In this document: positions 57,725-64,000 of the stretch, piece after piece
Layout of the letters: every line of letters starts with the position of its first letter
Position numbering within the stretch: the stretch's first letter is position 1
NCBI RefSeq assembly: GCF_006345805.1
Contig: NC_042999.1
Coordinates: 42,966,001-43,030,000 of the forward strand
Direction: 5' to 3'
DNA: 64,000 nucleotides
From: Octopus sinensis
Lineage: Eukaryota
Position numbers and translations under genes: made by a program
Notes under the pieces: generated by a model
What the model saw: the letters and a program-made list of their open reading frames with translations, nothing else
Told to the model about the DNA's origin: nothing
Database searches by the model: none

Positions 57725-58320
57725 CACAACAATAATAAATGGTTTGCAAGATATGCAAGAAATCAGGATGTTTTAATGGATCGGAATGGATATAGAGAAA
57801 TTAACAAATTTCCTCTAAGTATTAACGAGTAAGGCAGAGATTTTGAAATGGCAGTCATGGACTTATTTGGATTGCCAAAAACTTACAACTGTAATCAATA
57901 ATAATCGTTTCTAATTATGACACAAGGCCAGCAATTTTTATGGGGAAAGGGCTAATTTGTTACATCAAGCTTCAGTATTTGAATAGTAGTTTATTTTATC
58001 AACTCCAAAAGGAAGAAAAGCAAAGTTAACGATGGTGAGAGTTGAACATAGAAACAAATACTGGAAGATATAATTTTACGAATCCATCACCAATGACAAT
58101 AATAATAATTCTAATTATTTCTTGTATAGACCCAAGGTCAGAAATGGGTCGGGGGTTAGGCATTTACATCAGCCCCAGGTTTTGACCAGCTTTTTTTACT
58201 TATTTTATCAACTTCAAGAAGAATGTAAAGCTAAGCTGACTTTGATAGGATTTGAACTCGGGACATAGAGTCATAACTAAATACTGCAAGGCATTTTGCC
58301 CAATGCTCTAATTGATTCTA
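56455..58320 (-). mobile_element. Head-to-tail array of about 8 diverged family-B SINEs separated by (AAT)n
   Basis: Units start near 56455, 56678, 56882, 57053, 57315, 57482, 57908 and 58117, each running ggcacaaggcc...ttctgccagc..ccacctt then (aat)n; a smaller array lies at 52396-52790. Confidence 0.8.
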
Positions 58321-59872
58321 ATAATAATAATAATAATGATGGCTGTGATGCTGTAATTTTTCTCATACCAATTTGCTTGCATGCAGTTTAGAGCCAAACA
58401 GCATCATACTAAAAAGATGTTCTTGGTGATAAAAATAAATAAGTAATATGCAAAGGAATCTAAATACAATTTAAACAATAAATATACAGTATGACATTCA
58501 GAGATGAAGAAATAATTATTTTGATTTAATTATGACACATACACTCACAAAGATCAATGCTCTTTGAGAAGAAAAAAACACCAGAAACTGTCCCTGGTTT
58601 TATGAGACAAACATTCTATTTTAAAGTGACCTAAATTAAAACCTTCCTTAAAAAATTTCATGTTTTAATATTTTGTTCTAAATATCAACTTAATAATGAC
58701 AGTGTTATTTTTCTAAATATTTCATTATTTTCAAAATTATTTGAAACAAATTCAACACACATCAACAGAAATATGGTAACAAAAAGGTTATATTCCTAAA
58801 ACTTGCATCAAAATCCCATTCAAATCATACCCATACCATCATAAGAATAGGAAAGATACACTAGGTAAATGTAAAAGAAGGGATGGTCAAGGTAGGAATA
58901 CATTTCATCAAAGGTCTGTTCAATTAAGGATTCACTAGGGGAGTAAACAACAACCTATAATTTTCTAACTTAGAAATTCAGAAAAAAATTTTGTTCATTA
59001 AATACGTATTCTAAGTGAGGAAAGAAAAAGACAGAAAAATCATAAAAACAAACATAAGTAGACTATAATGATTAAAAAATCTTAATAGGTGCTGAGACAA
59101 GAGAGAATGAAGGAAAGAGAGAAAAGAAGGTTATCATCAAAATCTTAATTTTACAACCTATCTACCTCTTCTCTACAATGTAGGTGGAAATTAGATAAAT
59201 GACAAAGGAACAGGAAATTATGCAATATACTTCACTGGCTTACAGTTGTTTCTGCTATATGATGCGTCTCATTTTAAAAGCTCCAAAGAAGTTATAAGGT
59301 GATACATAAGCACTCAGCTCTCAGTGCACTGCTTCTTATGTCAGAAACAGCTGTAAGTTCACTGAACAATTTCTTGTTTCTTTCTCATTTATTCAGTTTC
59401 ATATTACACTCTGTATTCAACTAATGCTTTTCTCTGAAGCATATGTATATTGAGTTCTAACATTAGGTTATTACTATCGCCATGCCTGAGCAATATAATA
59501 ACATATTAAATGTCTAAACTCTGAAGATGATGTTAAAACTTTCAAAAATTATATTTTTTGTTTTAACAATAAATCATTTTGGAAATGTAGCCATTAATGA
59601 AAAATTAATGATGTTAAAATCAAATGTTCACAGACACCATATTTTGTCAAACTAAACTTTTTTTTTTTTACTTGCTGGGTTTGGGGGGGGGGGTAGTACC
59701 CATGGTATTTAGAAAGAAAAATACGGAATGTGCAAAGACATCAAATTATGTTTTTAGTAGAAAGAAAAGTTTCAAAAATTTCACTGAATGTGGGTTTTAT
59801 GTATGTATGTGTGAGTATATATATATATATACATACATACACACACACCAACAACAATAACTACAAAGTATA

Positions 59873-59903
<31 letters not shown>

Positions 59904-59944
59904 GGATTTCTTTCTAACTTTTTTCTCTTTTGGAATATACTTAT

Positions 59945-60017
59945 ATTCTTAACATCTGTCATTCCTCCTCCCCACCAATATTAATGGTGGGGAGGAGGAA
60001 TGACAGATGTTAAGAAT
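59945..60017. repeat. Perfect 33-bp inverted repeat with 7-nt loop
   Basis: attcttaacatctgtcattcctcctccccacca-atattaa-tggtggggaggaggaatgacagatgttaagaat. Confidence 0.92.
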
Positions 60018-60134
60018 TATGGTATGAAGGTATCAAACTGAAATGTGTATATGAAAGAAAGATGGTAGAAATGGAATGAGGTGTGATTAAAGAGAGAGAG
60101 GTGGTGGTGTATTTGAACAAATGAAGGACATGGA

Positions 60135-60365
60135 ATATATATATATACATACATATATATATATACATACATATATATATACACATACATATATATATAC
60201 ATACATATATATATATACATACATATATATATATACATACATACATACATACATACATACATACATACATACATACATACATACATACATACATACATAC
60301 ATACATACATACATACATACATACATACATACATCCATACATACATACATACATACATACATACA

Positions 60366-60399
<34 letters not shown>

Positions 60400-60650
60400 C
60401 ATACATATATACATACATACATATATACATACATACATATATACATACATACATATATATATATACATACATATATCCATACACATACATATATACATAC
60501 TACATATATATACATACATACATACTACATATATACATACATACATACATACATTATACATACATACATATATACATACTACATACATATATACATACAT
60601 ACATATATATATACATACATAATATATATATACATACATAATATATATAC

Positions 60651-60683
<33 letters not shown>

Positions 60684-61272
60684 CATACATACATATATAT
60701 ATATACATACATACATATATATATATACATACATATAATATACATACATATATATATATACATATATATATATACATACATTATATATATACATACATAT
60801 ATAATATACATACATATATATATACATACATATATATACTACATATATATATACATACATATTATATACATACATATATATATACATACATATATATATA
60901 CATACATATATATATATACATACATATATATATACATATATATATATACATACATATATATATACATACATATATATATACATACATATATATATACATA
61001 CATATATATATACATACATATATACATACATACATATATACATACATACATATATACATACATACATATATACATACATACATATATACATACATACATA
61101 TATACATACATACATATATACATACATACATATATACATACATACATATATATACATACATATATACATACATACATATATACATACATACATATATATA
61201 CATACATATATACATACATACATATATACATACATACATATATACATACATACATATATACATACATACATA

Positions 61273-61312
<40 letters not shown>

Positions 61313-61322
61313 CATACATATA

Positions 61323-61362
<40 letters not shown>

Positions 61363-61652
61363 CATACATATATATATACATACATATATATATACACACA
61401 TATATATACACACACATATATATACACACACATATATATACATACATATATATACACACACATATATATATATATACATACATATATTATACATACATAT
61501 ATATATACATACATATATATATACATAATATATATATATATACATATATATACATACATATATACATACATATATATATACATAATACATATATACATAC
61601 ATTATACATACATACATATATACATACATATATACATACATATATATATACA

Positions 61653-61684
<32 letters not shown>

Positions 61685-61737
61685 CATACATACATATATA
61701 CATACATATATATATACATACATATATATATAATACA

Positions 61738-61771
<34 letters not shown>

Positions 61772-61898
61772 ACATACATACATATATACATACATATATA
61801 TATATACATACATACATAATACATACATATATACATACATATATACATACATATATACATACATACATATATACATACATATATATATACATACATAT

Positions 61899-61929
<31 letters not shown>

Positions 61930-62392
61930 CATACATACATACATACATATATACATACATACATACATACATATATACATACATATATATATACATACAT
62001 ACATACATACATATATACATACATACATACATACATATATATATACATACATACATATATATATACATACATACATATATATATATATATACATACATAT
62101 ATATATATATACATACATATATATATATATACATACATATATATATATATATATATACATAATATATATACATACATATATATATATATACATACATATA
62201 TATATATATACATACATATATATAATACATACATATATATATATATACATACATATATATATATATACATACATATATATATATATACATACATATATAT
62301 ATATATACATACATATATATATATATACATATATACATACATATATACATACATACATACATACATATATACATACATACATACATACATAT

Positions 62393-62423
<31 letters not shown>

Positions 62424-62719
62424 CATACATACATACATATACATATATATATACATACATAACATATATATATATATACATATATATATATACACTATAT
62501 ATATACATACATATATAATATATACATACATATATATACATACATATTATATATACATACATATATATATATACATACATATATATATACATACATATAT
62601 ATATATACATACATATATATATATACATACATATATATATATACATACATATATATATATATACATACATATATATATATATATACATATATATATACAC
62701 ATATATATATACATACATA

Positions 62720-62760
<41 letters not shown>

Positions 62761-62808
62761 ACATACATATATATATATACATACATATATATATATACAT
62801 ATATATAC

Positions 62809-62839
<31 letters not shown>

Positions 62840-62978
62840 CATATATATATACACATATATATATACACATATATATATACACATATATATACACATATAT
62901 ATATACACATATATATACACATATATATATACACATATATATACACACATATATATACACATATATATACACATATAT
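60135..62978. repeat. ~2.8-kb compound (TACA)/(TA)/(CA) microsatellite
   Basis: Almost only A/T/C on the + strand; source of the Y/I/M/V/C pseudo-ORFs. Confidence 0.97.
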
Positions 62979-63094
62979 GGGAGGTACATGTGTGTATAAA
63001 AGTATTTAAAGAACGGTAAGAAGAAAGTATGAGCAATGAATGGTATGAAATAAAGTCAGAAAATTATGTGTATGAGTATAATTCCTGCATGCAC

Positions 63095-63141
<47 letters not shown>

Positions 63142-63627
63142 ATGTGTGTGTGGTGAGAGTGGAGAAGAAACAAATTGCTAACATTTTCGGAATAAAAGAA
63201 ATAATATTAATTCACCTACATGGAGAAAATCCGTATGAAGGAGTTTCTATAGATTACAAGACACATATATATATATACATGTGTATGTGTGTGTATATAC
63301 GTCAGGAAAGTATATGTATATATGGGAGTATGGGTATGTGTAGGTACATATGTATGTATGTATGTATGCATGTAGGTAGGTTTGAAAATTTTGAAAACGA
63401 TTCCAAACAGTATATGTTTATGGAACTCTGGGAAAATCAATCAATCACAGTTGCCATAACAAAGTATGTAAAATGTATGCAATTTACATAAGTACAATGA
63501 CAAGATGATGTTTCCACAGGCAACAGCGCTGCCTGTCACTGCTTCTATTGGCAGAAGCAATAATGGTCTTTGATGAAAGGGTACATGTATGTGTGTGTGT
63601 GTGTGTTTGTTTGTATGTATGAGTGGG

Positions 63628-63669
<42 letters not shown>

Positions 63670-64000
63670 GAGAGAGACAGGGACATTTGAAATGGCACGA
63701 TTTCAGCTATAGACAATGGAAGAATATTTCTCTATCTCAAATACACAAACACATTTACTGATTCATAGACACAAACACTGTTTCTGATATAAAAAACAGT
63801 AAAGAGTTTAAGATCCTCTACATCACATACACGCAACACACCCACATAAATATATATATATATATATATATAATACATGCAGTAATATTTCTCAACCCAT
63901 CAATTTTAAGAGACATTTTATTCCAATATATAATAAATATTATTCCACATGGTTTATGTGCAAAACACATACAGGTAATGAATAAATGTACATATAGTGT

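Noticed and set aside
60010-63036. Long ORFs up to 724 aa (Y/I/M/V/C-rich)
   Set aside because: Stop-free translations of microsatellite; the same applies to 47492-47874 and 2592-3125.

Overview
AT-rich, repeat-dense eukaryotic genomic DNA. The SINE/LINE/microsatellite landscape is typical of an octopod cephalopod (an inference; the species cannot be fixed from this window). The only host gene I can support is MUS81 (crossover-junction endonuclease) on the + strand. It has 13 GT-AG coding exons from 1910 to the TGA at 38122-38124, with consistent phases (1482 nt, 493 aa plus stop), encoding the winged-helix, ERCC4 nuclease and C-terminal (HhH)2 domains. The N-terminal exons lie upstream of the window. 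Introns and the downstream region hold decayed RTE, R4/Dong-like and CR1-like LINEs, at least three tRNA-derived SINE families, a piggyBac-type MITE, an 18S rRNA pseudogene fragment, a 20-copy 137-bp satellite, long palindromes and a 2.8-kb compound microsatellite. The most notable observations are: (1) minimal Penelope-type hammerhead-ribozyme motifs in small non-coding insertions, one on the sense strand of the last MUS81 intron and one coupled to a tRNA-like Pol III head; (2) tandem SIM-like motifs in the MUS81 linker; (3) a PHD finger inside an RTE reverse transcriptase; (4) an RTE copy with a twin-priming-type 5' inversion; (5) head-to-tail SINE arrays joined by (AAT)n. Most long ORFs in the track are microsatellite or repeat artefacts.
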